63,699 nt of DNA from the NCBI GenBank assembly GCA_019057815.1, contig JAHLWR010000022.1, forward strand, positions 1-63,699. Reading direction: 5' to 3'. Below, piece by piece: positions 39,144 through 49,760 of the stretch. The stretch is from Candidatus Heimdallarchaeota archaeon (lineage in GTDB: Archaea; Asgardarchaeota; Heimdallarchaeia; Heimdallarchaeales; Heimdallarchaeaceae). Each line of letters opens with the position of its first letter. Positions within the stretch are counted from its first letter, which is position 1. The position numbers were made by a program, and so were the translations under genes. The notes under the pieces were generated by a model. The model was not told where the DNA came from. It saw nothing but the letters and a program-made list of their open reading frames with translations, and made no database searches.

Positions 39144-40463
39144 ATGATTAAAGAAAACACCCCTGATGAAGAAAAAGAAAACTCAGAAACTATAACAAAG
39201 AAAAAACCTGTAGATAAAACAAAGAAAAAAGAAATTACACAGGCTCATGTCACTATTGGAACTATCGGACATGTTGACAATGGTAAATCTACACTAGTTC
39301 AAGCTCTTACTGGTAAATTCCCTGATGATCATTCTGAAGAATTGAAAAGGGGTATTTCAATTCGTTTAGGTTATGCTGATACTGATTTTAGAAAATGCAC
39401 AGTTTGTAATGAATCTTACACAGTTGAGAAGGTTTGCCCAGAATGTAAAACACCAACCAAAGTTCTCAGAAGAGTATCTTTTGTCGATTGTCCTGGGCAC
39501 GAAGTTCTAATGGCCACACTTCTCTCCGGGGCTACTTTAATGGATGGAGCCATATTGCTAATTGCAGCTAATTCTCGCTGCCCTCAACCTCAAACACGAG
39601 AACACCTTGCAGCGATGGAGATACTGGGAATATCCAATATTGTTATTGCACAAAATAAGATAGAACTTGCGTCGGAAGAAGAAGCAGAGCGAAATTACAA
39701 TGAAATTAAAGCTTTTGTGAAAGGAACAATAGCAGAAAATGCACCTATTATTCCAATAAGTGCAATGCATAAGGCGAACTTAGATCTTCTTATTAAAGCA
39801 ATTGAAAAGCATATACCAACACCAGATCTAGAAGAAAGTCAAACTTTAGAGATGTACGTAGCCAGATCTTTTGATATAAACAAACCAGGTACAGAGCCAA
39901 GTAAACTCAAGGGAGGAGTTTTAGGAGGATCTATAAAATCTGGACAAATCAAAGTTGGCGATGAAATTGAGATACTACCCGGTCTTTCTATAAAGAAAGA
40001 TAACAAAACCAGTTATTATCCAATTCAAACAAAAGTGGTTAGTGTTTCAATTGGTAAACAAGGTCTTGTACCTCAAGCTCGTTCCGGAGGATTAATTGCT
40101 ATTGGCACAGAATTGGATCCATCCTTCTTAAAATCAGATAAAATGGCAGGAAATATTATATCATCTCCAGGTATGGGACCACCAATCAGATCTTCATTAA
40201 CGCTTGAAGTTCAGCTCTTAGAATATGTAGTGGGATCTGAAGAAATTACAAAAGTACAACCATTAGCAAAAAATGAAATGTTAATGCTTAATTCAGGTAC
40301 TGCAAAAACATCCGGTGTGATAACTGAAATAAAAGGAACAATTGCACACATTAAATTATCTCGCAAGATAGTCGCTAGAATAGACAGTACTGTTGCAATC
40401 TCAAGACGTATTTCTCAACGATTTCGTTTAATTGGTGTAGGAAAGATTGTTGATGATAAATAG
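39144..40463 (+). CDS. eif2g: translation initiation factor 2 gamma subunit
   Basis: GHVDNGKS, RGISIRLGY, DCPGHE, PQPQTREH, QNKIE, RSFDINKPG. Confidence 0.97.
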   Translation: MIKENTPDEEKENSETITKKKPVDKTKKKEITQAHVTIGTIGHVDNGKSTLVQALTGKFPDDHSEELKRGISIRLGYADTDFRKCTVCNESYTVEKVCPECKTPTKVLRRVSFVDCPGHEVLMATLLSGATLMDGAILLIAANSRCPQPQTREHLAAMEILGISNIVIAQNKIELASEEEAERNYNEIKAFVKGTIAENAPIIPISAMHKANLDLLIKAIEKHIPTPDLEESQTLEMYVARSFDINKPGTEPSKLKGGVLGGSIKSGQIKVGDEIEILPGLSIKKDNKTSYYPIQTKVVSVSIGKQGLVPQARSGGLIAIGTELDPSFLKSDKMAGNIISSPGMGPPIRSSLTLEVQLLEYVVGSEEITKVQPLAKNEMLMLNSGTAKTSGVITEIKGTIAHIKLSRKIVARIDSTVAISRRISQRFRLIGVGKIVDDK

Positions 40464-40467
40464 TTGA

Positions 40468-40869
40468 ATGAGGAACTACATGCTTATTATAATTGATTCA
40501 TCTATGTTGATGTTACCTGCCGAGAAAAAAATTAACCTATCATATGAATTTGAAAGACTCTTGCCAATTTCATTTAAGGTTGTTGTCCCAGAAGCAGTTT
40601 TGGATGAATTAAAATTACTTATTAAAAAAGGAAAACCTTCAATAAGGCAAAAAGCCAACCTTGCTCTTCAACTATCAAAAAAATATCAAAACTTGGAATC
40701 AAAAACTGGAATAGAAGTCGATTTAGAAATTGAAAGATTGGCAATAGAGCATGAAGCAATTGTTGCTACTAATGATTCAGAGCTACGTTTAAGATTAAGG
40801 AGAAAAGGCATTTCGGTAATTGCTATGTATGGCAAAAATAAACTTGAATTGTTTGGGGATCTTTTTTAA
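40468..40869 (+). CDS. PIN-domain protein (Fcf1/Utp24-like)
   Basis: IIDSS, VLDEL, VATND..L; typical position after aIF2-gamma. Confidence 0.85.
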   Translation: MRNYMLIIIDSSMLMLPAEKKINLSYEFERLLPISFKVVVPEAVLDELKLLIKKGKPSIRQKANLALQLSKKYQNLESKTGIEVDLEIERLAIEHEAIVATNDSELRLRLRRKGISVIAMYGKNKLELFGDLF

Positions 40870-40984
40870 AATATACCCAAGAGTCATAAAAAGTTTGTAA
40901 ACCTATAGTTTTTTTAAGTTAACCAAGGATTATAACGTTTTAATCCATTAATGTTTTAAAGGTGGTTCTACCTAAAATTTAGAA

Positions 40985-41776
40985 ATGAAGAAAATTAGCT
41001 TTGAAATTATAGGTCACATAATGATTCTTCGTACAGAAAAACCTGAAAATCAAGTTTTAGCGTTTGCATCTAGTGAATTGAAGAAAAGAAAAAATGTCAA
41101 AACTATAATGTTACAAACTTCAAAAGTTAATGGTGTTAGAAGAACACGTGATTTGAAATACTTAATTGGAGAGAAAAATTTTGAAACAATTCACAGAGAA
41201 TATGGAAATAAATTTCTTCTTAATCCCATGAAAACTTTTTTTTCTTCTCGTTTATCCTATGAGAGACAAAGAATTGCTTGTCTAGTAAAGGATGGTGATA
41301 CAGTTCTAAATTTCTTTTCAGGTGTGGGTCCGTTTAGCATTGCAATAGCAAAGAAAAAACCAAAATGCAGAGTTCATAGCATTGAATTAAATCCAAATGC
41401 ATATGAATATCTTCTCAAAAATATTAAAATCAATAAATGTGAGGATAGGGTTTTTCCCTATTTAGGTGACGCATTTAGTATTGTTTCCACACTTTCAGAT
41501 TTAGTAATAGATAGAGTCTTATTACCATTACCACTTAAATCAAAAGAAGCCTTGTTATTAGCTTATGACAAAATCAATCATAAAGGTACTATTCATTTGC
41601 AGATTTCAGAATATATAAAAGCAAAAAGTGAGTTAACTAGCATTGTTGTAGAAAAAATAAAAGAAATTCTTAATTTCTCTTCGAAAGAGGCTCAAAAAAG
41701 CGTTAAAGAAATCAGAATAATTAGATGGTTATCACCACGTATAGGACATATCGCTGTTGATTTGTCTTTTAGTTAA
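40985..41776 (+). CDS. Trm5/Taw2 (Met-10+) family tRNA methyltransferase
   Basis: TIHREYG, FFSSRLSYER, FSGVGPFSI, ELNPNAY. Confidence 0.85.
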   Translation: MKKISFEIIGHIMILRTEKPENQVLAFASSELKKRKNVKTIMLQTSKVNGVRRTRDLKYLIGEKNFETIHREYGNKFLLNPMKTFFSSRLSYERQRIACLVKDGDTVLNFFSGVGPFSIAIAKKKPKCRVHSIELNPNAYEYLLKNIKINKCEDRVFPYLGDAFSIVSTLSDLVIDRVLLPLPLKSKEALLLAYDKINHKGTIHLQISEYIKAKSELTSIVVEKIKEILNFSSKEAQKSVKEIRIIRWLSPRIGHIAVDLSFS

Positions 41777-42185
41777 CAGAGAAAGAACTAACATAATCAG
41801 CTAAATCAGCTAGTTTCTGCAGGTAACTTAGACTCGTAACTATAATTTCATTATCATTACTAAGAATACTCAATAAACCAACTAATTCATCTATATTCAC
41901 TATTTCTTCCTCTAATAGTAAATCGATGTTTGCTATAACTAGAAAAGTATCTCTTAGACCGGTTATATTGTTTCTAAAATTGTAACCTTTTTTCAAATCA
42001 GAAAGATTTAGAATATTAATCACAAAAGAAGAAATTTTCTTTAAATGCGTAATCCAGTGATATTGTTTATCTATAAGAAAAAAATTCACTGGTAGAGAAT
42101 GACCCTTAGCTCTTATTGCTGTGCCTAAAGCTGTATAAAATGCTTCTTCCCTGTTTCCATAATAAAAATGAATAAAATGTTTCAT
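41769..42185 (-). CDS. degenerate CobA/CobO/BtuR-like protein (P-loop lost)
   Basis: IHFYYGNREEAFYTALGTAIRAKGH and LADLADYVS align with the CobO termini, but GKGKTT is absent. Confidence 0.6.
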   Translation of the reverse strand: MKHFIHFYYGNREEAFYTALGTAIRAKGHSLPVNFFLIDKQYHWITHLKKISSFVINILNLSDLKKGYNFRNNITGLRDTFLVIANIDLLLEEEIVNIDELVGLLSILSNDNEIIVTSLSYLQKLADLADYVSSFSVN

Positions 42186-42211
42186 CCATTTTAACCTTCA
42201 TCTTCAGAAGA

Positions 42212-43666
42212 TTAGCTCTTAAGTTTTGTGAGATATCTTTTATATCCATCAAGAGTATCTTCTATTCTAAGCAAATGTTTCTGGGATTTAATCATTAGAT
42301 CTTGCCATTCTTCTTCGTCTACGTTTTCAGAGTTGATAGTTTGCTCTAATTGTTGAATTCTTTCAACTGCCTTCAATCTTTTTGTTTCTAAGTGTGTTAT
42401 TACATTTTGAATATCAACAGATTGTACGGGTTGTCTTTCTTCCTCTTCAGACTGCTCTTCAATAATTTTGGTTAATTTAGATTTTTCAGATGTTTCATCC
42501 TCTTTTTTACTGGAAACGGTAGCTATAGTTTCTTTTATTGTTGATACAAAACTTGCTGCTTCTGTCTTTGATTGTGGCTTGGTTAAAATACTACTTAACC
42601 GTGATACAGATTCCCTAAAATCGTGAATATCTTGTATATCTTCTTTACTCATCCCCTCTTCTATTTCAATTTCAGGCATAGTTTCTTCAATACTAACACC
42701 TTCTTGAGTGACAGTTTCATTATTTTCTCCAAGTGAAATTAACTTCTTAGTTAAAGGAGTAATAACATTGTCATTGTTAGAATCTAGTACTGTTAGAAGA
42801 TTGGCTAATTTAGCAAGAGACTCTTTTTCAGTCGTTAAGGATTCAATTATAGGTTTATGACTGGGATCGGGTTCGTACTGAGAGGCTAATTCTATTCCTT
42901 CAATCAAATCCTGAACGTTGTTTGCTTTGCTTTTTCCTTTTTCTACTTCAAGTAAGTCTTCTTGCTGTGGTTCTCCCCTTTCGGTTTCTTCTATAATTGT
43001 AAGATCTGAATCTATGATTTCTAGAAGTTCACTATCTGGAATGTTTTCTTCCTCTCCATCTTCTTCTTGTTCAGTTAGATCTTCCTCTCCATCTTCTTCT
43101 TGTTCAATTAGATCTTCTTGTTCAATTAGATCTTCTTGTTCAGTTAGATCTTCTTGTTCAGTTAGATCTTCTTGTTCAGTTAGATCTTCCTTAATTACAA
43201 ATGTTGGGATTCCAATTTTTTCAAAAATTACTGGAAGATACGAGTTTATTTTTTTCAGTTCTGTTTGTACAGAATTCACACGCATCTCAAGTGCTTCAAG
43301 TTTACTTGAAATAAATTGAAGTGAGTCGGTTTCAACTCCACTGTATCTTTGATATTCAATTTGAAGCATGTTTGCGAAAGTAATTACGTTATAAATAGTG
43401 TTCATCATCTCTGGAAGTTCTCTAAACCATGGTCCAGCGCTATCGAACTTCTGTAAGATGTCTTTAGCATCGGAAAAATGTTTTTCATAATCTTCTAACC
43501 GGTCAGGTGGTAAAAACGATTTAGCAAAAGAAGTTAATATAGCGAGTAAGCTTATAAGATGAGCTTTAACATCTTCTTCTTCATCTGGGCTGAACTCGCC
43601 CTTAATAACACCCCAAAAGATTTTCTTAATTTCCTCAATTGCTTTTTCAAGACTCATTTTCATCAC
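42212..43666 (-). CDS. acidic coiled-coil protein with EDLTEQ repeats
   Basis: Helical N-domain, coiled coil, highly acidic repeat linker, C-terminal coiled coil. Confidence 0.75.
   Translation of the reverse strand: MMKMSLEKAIEEIKKIFWGVIKGEFSPDEEEDVKAHLISLLAILTSFAKSFLPPDRLEDYEKHFSDAKDILQKFDSAGPWFRELPEMMNTIYNVITFANMLQIEYQRYSGVETDSLQFISSKLEALEMRVNSVQTELKKINSYLPVIFEKIGIPTFVIKEDLTEQEDLTEQEDLTEQEDLIEQEDLIEQEEDGEEDLTEQEEDGEEENIPDSELLEIIDSDLTIIEETERGEPQQEDLLEVEKGKSKANNVQDLIEGIELASQYEPDPSHKPIIESLTTEKESLAKLANLLTVLDSNNDNVITPLTKKLISLGENNETVTQEGVSIEETMPEIEIEEGMSKEDIQDIHDFRESVSRLSSILTKPQSKTEAASFVSTIKETIATVSSKKEDETSEKSKLTKIIEEQSEEEERQPVQSVDIQNVITHLETKRLKAVERIQQLEQTINSENVDEEEWQDLMIKSQKHLLRIEDTLDGYKRYLTKLKS
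43047..43189 (-). repeat. in-frame 18-bp/33-bp tandem repeats (EDL[T/I]EQ x6)
   Basis: tcttcttgttca(g/a)ttaga repeated six times, two copies extended by EEDGE. Confidence 0.9.
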
Positions 43667-43674
43667 TTCTATTT

Positions 43675-44688
43675 TTAAAATCCAAGATTTAGCGCTCTTC
43701 TTTTTGTATAATCTGGAGGTAAAGAAGTCTCAATAAGAACAGATTCAGCTCTTAAATCCTCTTTCAAACGATTTGCGATGGCCAATTTTTCTGATGAACT
43801 GATATTCCAGAAATAAAGAGAATGTTGAACCCCGGAAGCAGTATATTCACTGATTGGTGATATTTCTGAAAGAAGTTGTTGATATTCTGGTGTGTCCACA
43901 GAGTTAGGTAATTCACGCCAAGGGTTGACATGAATTATTAATTTGTTAGTAATTTTAGCTAATTCAGAAAGATTCTGTCCAAACGATTCCTGAGAACCGG
44001 AAATAGAACCAGTTTCTTCATCTGCTTTAATTATTGTGGCAACATCAATGTTTTTTTGTTTTTTTACTGTGTCAGTTATCTCCCTAAGCGTTTGTGTCAC
44101 GAATGAATCGCGATACTGATCCCAATCTTCTAGAAGCTTTCTAGATTCCAGAAACTCAAAACTGAAGTCTCTTTCTATATTTTTTTTAGATGCAAAAACG
44201 CGACGACATCTATCACAAAAGCAGGCTTTTTTTGTTGGAAACATAAGAGAATCTAGCACTAACATATTAATTGGGTACCGAGAAACCTCTTGGGCAATTG
44301 TTGCTATATATTTACTAAAATTTTCTTGACTTGGACAAACATAGAGGGGAATAGCATTACCTTCACTATTAAAAACTCTAAAATCGGTGTTTTGAGATAG
44401 AAAATTATCACCATGAACATGTATAAAAGCATCAACTTTGATTCCCATGTTATCCGCTATTGTACAGAAAGAATGAAAAAACACACCACTATTCCGATCT
44501 TTTGGAGCACTATTACTTTGGTAGAAGGTAAAACCGGTTCTACTTTTTGCAACTAAAGCTATTGTATCTAATAAATGACCATAACGATCAAGGAAATCAT
44601 CAGGATCAGTCTGCATTACAGTAGGATCTACCACAAGAATAGCTCCACTATTAAGAACTTCTTGAATCACATCTGACAAGGTAATCAC
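43675..44688 (-). CDS. glycoside-hydrolase-like TIM-barrel protein
   Basis: AKSRTG..FYQS, YVCPS, LVLDSLMFP..CFCDRCR motif seen in GH42/GHL-type proteins. Confidence 0.6.
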   Translation of the reverse strand: MITLSDVIQEVLNSGAILVVDPTVMQTDPDDFLDRYGHLLDTIALVAKSRTGFTFYQSNSAPKDRNSGVFFHSFCTIADNMGIKVDAFIHVHGDNFLSQNTDFRVFNSEGNAIPLYVCPSQENFSKYIATIAQEVSRYPINMLVLDSLMFPTKKACFCDRCRRVFASKKNIERDFSFEFLESRKLLEDWDQYRDSFVTQTLREITDTVKKQKNIDVATIIKADEETGSISGSQESFGQNLSELAKITNKLIIHVNPWRELPNSVDTPEYQQLLSEISPISEYTASGVQHSLYFWNISSSEKLAIANRLKEDLRAESVLIETSLPPDYTKRRALNLGF

Positions 44689-44770
44689 ATTGCTCTATTA
44701 TTAATATGATAATCGTTTCTTTCCTTATTAAATCGTTTGTTTGAGGATGGAAAATCTTCTCTTAACCATA

Positions 44771-45211
44771 CTATCTGGTGAAGTTTAAAAGAAATAATCC
44801 AAATTCCTCATCTAAATTTCTTGTTAATAGATTTGATGTTTCTACAATTACAAATTCTCCTGTAACACTGATCATAGTATCATTCATCAGATGACCTCCG
44901 AATGATCTGCATTCTCTATCACCTAGAAGCATATGAATATGAATAACATATTCACCTGTATTTGCTTTTTTAGAGACATTACCACTACAATTTAAAATTT
45001 CAGCATTGAAATCAAATTTTCTTGATAAATATTGATTAGAAATAACATCAAAATACCCTAGATTCGCTTTTTTTACAGCGCCAATACCGAAAACAAAACC
45101 TGATTCAATTTTATTATTCTTGCAATAGAGAATTAAAGAAGGAAGAATATCTTCATCTTTAACCAATCTTATATAATGAATTTGTTTGATTGAGTCTTTT
45201 AACGATAACAT
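44771..45211 (-). CDS. PPC/DUF296 domain protein
   Basis: GIGAV, EILNCSGNVS, HIH, GGHL, TGEF. Confidence 0.9.
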   Translation of the reverse strand: MLSLKDSIKQIHYIRLVKDEDILPSLILYCKNNKIESGFVFGIGAVKKANLGYFDVISNQYLSRKFDFNAEILNCSGNVSKKANTGEYVIHIHMLLGDRECRSFGGHLMNDTMISVTGEFVIVETSNLLTRNLDEEFGLFLLNFTR

Positions 45212-45328
45212 AGGAAATGAAGTGTTTATTTGGTTATAAATTTACCGTGGTTTTTTTATTTTCAACATCAACCTTATATGTTGAAAAATCAATCCAAATT
45301 TAGCCGCAAAGTAAGAGAAATTGATAAC

Positions 45329-48142
45329 ATGGCAAAATCTAATTTAGAAGAATTCTTAACGAAAAATATTAAAAAAAGTCTAAAAGAAAATACAAAGGAT
45401 TCGGAGCAAAAAAGTAAAATCACTGTCAAAAATATCGAACAATCTACAAAATTAGAAAACCCTAAAAAGGAAATAATAGATGGAAATACTGTTGGAAACG
45501 CTAAAAATGAGGGCAAAAAGAGTTGGATTAACTCAGAAAATGGAAAATTACTAGAAAAACCCAATAATCACATTATTCTAGCACCAGAGAATCTATCTCC
45601 ATCCTATCTAATCGATGTAAAATATGATGGCAAATTAGCAAAAGCATACTTAAAATTGTATAATCCAGAAAATGGACAAGTATACCGCTATTATGATAAA
45701 ACAAATCATTTACCTTACCTTTACACAACCCAAACTAGAAATGAAGTAGAACAAAAATTGAAAAAACAAAATGGTTTTTTGGGTTGTGAAACAATTAAGA
45801 AAACAGATTTACTCAATAATAGAGAGATTACTTTAACAAAAGTTATAGCAACCAATCCTTTGGCTATTGGAGGGGGAAGGGGGGAAAGTTTCAGAGAACA
45901 AATTAAGCCTTCATTTGAAGCAAATATCAGATATCATCTGAATTATATTTATGATAATACTCTAGTACCAGGATTACTCTATAAAATAAAAGCAGGAAAG
46001 TTAGAACAGGTTAATCCTGAAATCATTGAAAATACTAGAACCGCCATCAAATCAATTTTCAAGAAACAATCCAAAGAGATTAATATCCTTTTAGAACAAT
46101 ATCTACCCATATTTTTCTCACCCATCCCAGACATAAAACGTTGTTCAATTGATATAGAAGTTCAAAGCACAAAGGGAAAATTTCCAGATCCAAACGAGGC
46201 CAAAGAACCAATTATATCAATTGGATTTGCAGACACTGAGGGTAGTGTATCTGTATATGTTCTTAATGAAAAAAAACAACCAATAAACAAAGATGTCTTT
46301 ACAATAACTATTTTAGAGTTTACTTCAGAAAAAGAACTCCTAGAAGCTACTTTTGACAAAATGGCTCTTTATCCAATGATGATAACATTCAATGGCGATA
46401 ATTTCGACTTCCCATATTTGGATAGACGTGCAAAAAGGCTTGGCATCGAGAAAAATAAAATTCCTTTTATAAGAACTAGTTCCGTAGGTAACGATACATA
46501 CCTTGAATATGGTCTCCACCTAGATCTTTACAGATTCTTTAGACAGCCTTCTATGAGAATTTATGCTTTTGGTGGAAAATATGATAGAGTAACGCTTGAT
46601 GAACTTGGTTCATCGCTATTGGGTAAACAAAAGTTGGTACATGAAAAAGAAATTTGGGAGTTAAGCTTAGAAGAATTAATCCGATACAATGTTAGAGATG
46701 CTGAAATAACTTTAGAGTTAACAACATTCAATAGAAACCAAGCTGTAGAAATTATTTTTATGCTCTCAAGGATAGTAAAGATGCCAATTGATGATTTTAC
46801 AAGAGCTAGTGTAAGTGTATGGATACAAAACTGGCTTTACTATGAACACAGAAGAAGAAATTATTTAATTCCTCGAAAACAAGATATTTTATATTTAAAA
46901 GGTGATACATCAACGGAAGCAATTATTAAGGGTAAAAAATACCAAGGAGCAATTGTTATTGAACCAAAAGTTGGTGTGTGGTGGAATGTTCACGTATTGG
47001 ATTATGCAAGTTTGTATCCTTCAATAATTAAAACAAGGAATTTGTCATATGAAACAATAAGATGTAAACACGATGCATGTAGAATAAATAACAAAATACC
47101 TGAAACAAATCATTGGGTATGTACAGAGAGGGTTGGTATAATATCCATGCTAATAGGATTTATTAGAGATGTGAGAGTGTACTGGTTTAAAGATAAAGCG
47201 AAAGATGGAAGTCTAAGTGACGATGATCGAAATATAAATGATGTAATCCAATCTGCGCTTAAAGTATTGATTAACGCCTCATATGGTGTTCTTGGCTCAG
47301 AAAATTTTGCTCTGTATTGCCCTCCGGTTGCAGAGTCTACCACCGCACTAGCAAGAGAGGCTATATCCAAAACAAAAGAACATTGTGAGGTAGATTTAGG
47401 TATTTCTGTCTTATATGGAGATACTGACAGTATATTTATTCATGAACCTAAACCAGATGATATTAAAGAATTAGAAAAATGGAGTATGGACACCTTCCAG
47501 ATTGAATTGGGAACTGAGTATATTTTTCGATATTGTGGTCTCTCTTCGAGAAAGAAGAATTATTTTGGCATAACAACAAAAGGATATCCAATAGTTAAAG
47601 GTTTAATGGGTAAGAAGAAAAACACACCAATAATAGTGAAAAAAGCTTTTGAAAGTGTTTTGAAAATACTAACTAAAGTTGGAAATCCCGAAGAGCTAGA
47701 AAATGCTAAAGGTAAAATAATCAAAATCATACAAAGTACGCTAAATTCAATAGAAAAACGCTTGTTTAAATTAGAAGATGTAGCAATAAGTGTTACTTTA
47801 TCTAAAAAACTAAAGGAATATGATAGTTGGACACAACCACTTCAAGCAGCGATCCAACTAATTATAGCAGAAAAAGGAGAAAATCCTTCTATTGGATCGT
47901 CTATAACTTTCGTAAAAACCAAACCATTCAAAATAGATGTCCCGAAAAATATTTTATCAGATAAAATTAGTAAAAGTGGGGAATGTTCTGTTAAACCTAT
48001 TGAACTAGCAGAAAAAACAGATGTAGATGGTTCAAAAATGAAAGAAATAATCAAATCAACATTTGTTCAACTTTTGGATACCATCGGTATCCCATGGAAC
48101 GAAGTTCAGGGTATAAAAGCTCTGGATAAATGGTTTAAATAA
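45329..48142 (+). CDS. polB: family B DNA polymerase (PolB1-like)
   Basis: ExoI DIEV, FNGDNFDFPYL, DYASLYPSII, KVLINASYG, YGDTDS; no intein; start moved to 45329. Confidence 0.95.
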   Translation: MAKSNLEEFLTKNIKKSLKENTKDSEQKSKITVKNIEQSTKLENPKKEIIDGNTVGNAKNEGKKSWINSENGKLLEKPNNHIILAPENLSPSYLIDVKYDGKLAKAYLKLYNPENGQVYRYYDKTNHLPYLYTTQTRNEVEQKLKKQNGFLGCETIKKTDLLNNREITLTKVIATNPLAIGGGRGESFREQIKPSFEANIRYHLNYIYDNTLVPGLLYKIKAGKLEQVNPEIIENTRTAIKSIFKKQSKEINILLEQYLPIFFSPIPDIKRCSIDIEVQSTKGKFPDPNEAKEPIISIGFADTEGSVSVYVLNEKKQPINKDVFTITILEFTSEKELLEATFDKMALYPMMITFNGDNFDFPYLDRRAKRLGIEKNKIPFIRTSSVGNDTYLEYGLHLDLYRFFRQPSMRIYAFGGKYDRVTLDELGSSLLGKQKLVHEKEIWELSLEELIRYNVRDAEITLELTTFNRNQAVEIIFMLSRIVKMPIDDFTRASVSVWIQNWLYYEHRRRNYLIPRKQDILYLKGDTSTEAIIKGKKYQGAIVIEPKVGVWWNVHVLDYASLYPSIIKTRNLSYETIRCKHDACRINNKIPETNHWVCTERVGIISMLIGFIRDVRVYWFKDKAKDGSLSDDDRNINDVIQSALKVLINASYGVLGSENFALYCPPVAESTTALAREAISKTKEHCEVDLGISVLYGDTDSIFIHEPKPDDIKELEKWSMDTFQIELGTEYIFRYCGLSSRKKNYFGITTKGYPIVKGLMGKKKNTPIIVKKAFESVLKILTKVGNPEELENAKGKIIKIIQSTLNSIEKRLFKLEDVAISVTLSKKLKEYDSWTQPLQAAIQLIIAEKGENPSIGSSITFVKTKPFKIDVPKNILSDKISKSGECSVKPIELAEKTDVDGSKMKEIIKSTFVQLLDTIGIPWNEVQGIKALDKWFK

Positions 48143-48158
48143 TAAAGAGGAGAATTTC

Positions 48159-48878
48159 ATGATTAAAACTACAATGATAAGAATATCACAGAAGTCTCTG
48201 AGTGCTAATATCTTGAGTGATTTTTACTCAGCCCTTGAAGGAGAATCAATTTCAATAAAACGGATTTTTGATCCTCGATACTCCTTATCCGGTGACGATT
48301 TAATTATTGAAGGAGAGATTGATAATGTGCTTGATAAATTATCTCAAGATTTACCGCGTATTGTCTCTCTTCGCTTCCAAATTGAATTAAATGACTATTA
48401 TGAGATATTTCTAAGAAGATCTGCAATGAATCTTGAACATAAACCAACACATCTATTCTTTGGTTCTACTCTTGTAGACTATAAACACTTTCAAAGCAGA
48501 CTACGCATAACGGACAATAAGCAAATATTGGCATTACTCTTTAAGTCACAGTTAGGTTCAAAATTATTGCCAATTATACCTGTAAAAATTAAAGGGTTAG
48601 TACTAACGAACTCCTCTAATGGAACCGTTGATTTTATTATGCCAACTCAGCGCATTGCAACCCTGAAAGAATGGCTAACAATATTAAAGGAAAAAGAAAA
48701 CATAGATTTTGATATTTTAGCTGATATTTTCAAGAAAACAGATCCTATAATGAGAAAAAACATGAGTGAAAGTATGGATTGGCTAAATTTAATGCTACCA
48801 GAAATCGTCGCAAAATCAGCCTCTGTTGAAAACATAAATATAGTGAAAGCGTACGAAAGAACATTATCACTTATTTAA
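48159..48878 (+). CDS. hypothetical protein directly downstream of polB
   Basis: 239-aa ORF with GAGGAG ribosome-binding site, 16 bp after polB. Confidence 0.7.
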   Translation: MIKTTMIRISQKSLSANILSDFYSALEGESISIKRIFDPRYSLSGDDLIIEGEIDNVLDKLSQDLPRIVSLRFQIELNDYYEIFLRRSAMNLEHKPTHLFFGSTLVDYKHFQSRLRITDNKQILALLFKSQLGSKLLPIIPVKIKGLVLTNSSNGTVDFIMPTQRIATLKEWLTILKEKENIDFDILADIFKKTDPIMRKNMSESMDWLNLMLPEIVAKSASVENINIVKAYERTLSLI

Positions 48879-49046
48879 TAAGGCTTTGCAGAATAATAAG
48901 AAATGTTAGAATATCTACAACTAATATCGAAGCGCTTTTAAAATTAAAGAGATTTTCATAGTTTGAATAACAAAAAATCTTTCGAACATAAAGAGTTAAA
49001 GTTAAAAATAGTTCAAATGTCAAGGACATAACAAGGAGAATTACAT

Positions 49047-49736
49047 ATGAAAACAGCAAAACAATTGCTCATTTTAATAGTAATTATAGCGACTTTAGTT
49101 AGTATAAGACCGCAATTTGGTTATATTCCTGAAAATACACTGTCTTTTGATCAACAAGTTTTAGCTGATATTGTAAAACTTGGTCAGACACATAGGGTAA
49201 ATATAGTAGTCAAAAATTTCATGAATATTACAATAACAGATATAAAAATTTCGCTAAATATCTCCACTAATAGCATCCTATCTTTTAATTCAAGCCTTTT
49301 AGGTAATTTAGAAAATGATGAAGTCACTTTAAATGAAACAATTCTTTCGTCATCTGAAAATGGTTTTACAGCTTATCCTATAACAGCAGGCTATATGACT
49401 AATAAATACTTTGAATTCAATATCTCTCATATTGAAAATGGCACAAAATTTCTTTTCCATTACGATATCGAATCAAATGAAGACGGGAATCAACTTATTC
49501 CAAGAGCGGATATGATTTACTATGACAACTGGAATGATAAGAAAGAGCTACGTAGTACCGCACAAATACGAGTTTCATTTGAACCAATTATAACCGAAAG
49601 AGATCCATACCTCCCAATTTGGGACGAAGGAGCGGAAATAAAAGCTGGATGGGCATGGATTATGGTTGGAATAGCTCCTATAGCAGCTGCTATTGTTACA
49701 TCACTGATTGTTAATATTCGTATTCGTAAGAAATAA
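49047..49736 (+). CDS. signal-peptide, Ig-like, single-TM protein (TRAP-beta/SSR2-like)
   Basis: Signal peptide; G....V.I.V.N.....TDI strand pattern; G....PRA.M.Y..ST; C-terminal TM and basic tail. Confidence 0.55.
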   Translation: MKTAKQLLILIVIIATLVSIRPQFGYIPENTLSFDQQVLADIVKLGQTHRVNIVVKNFMNITITDIKISLNISTNSILSFNSSLLGNLENDEVTLNETILSSSENGFTAYPITAGYMTNKYFEFNISHIENGTKFLFHYDIESNEDGNQLIPRADMIYYDNWNDKKELRSTAQIRVSFEPIITERDPYLPIWDEGAEIKAGWAWIMVGIAPIAAAIVTSLIVNIRIRKK

Positions 49737-49760
49737 GATTAGTATCAAAGTAAAAGGATT

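Noticed and set aside
43047-43189. 18-bp repeats as CRISPR or iterons
   Set aside because: In-frame coding repeat (EDLTEQ) without spacers
45329-48142. Intein or viral/casposon origin of polB
   Set aside because: Motifs are contiguous, the length is normal for a cellular PolB1, and there are no terminal repeats or integrase
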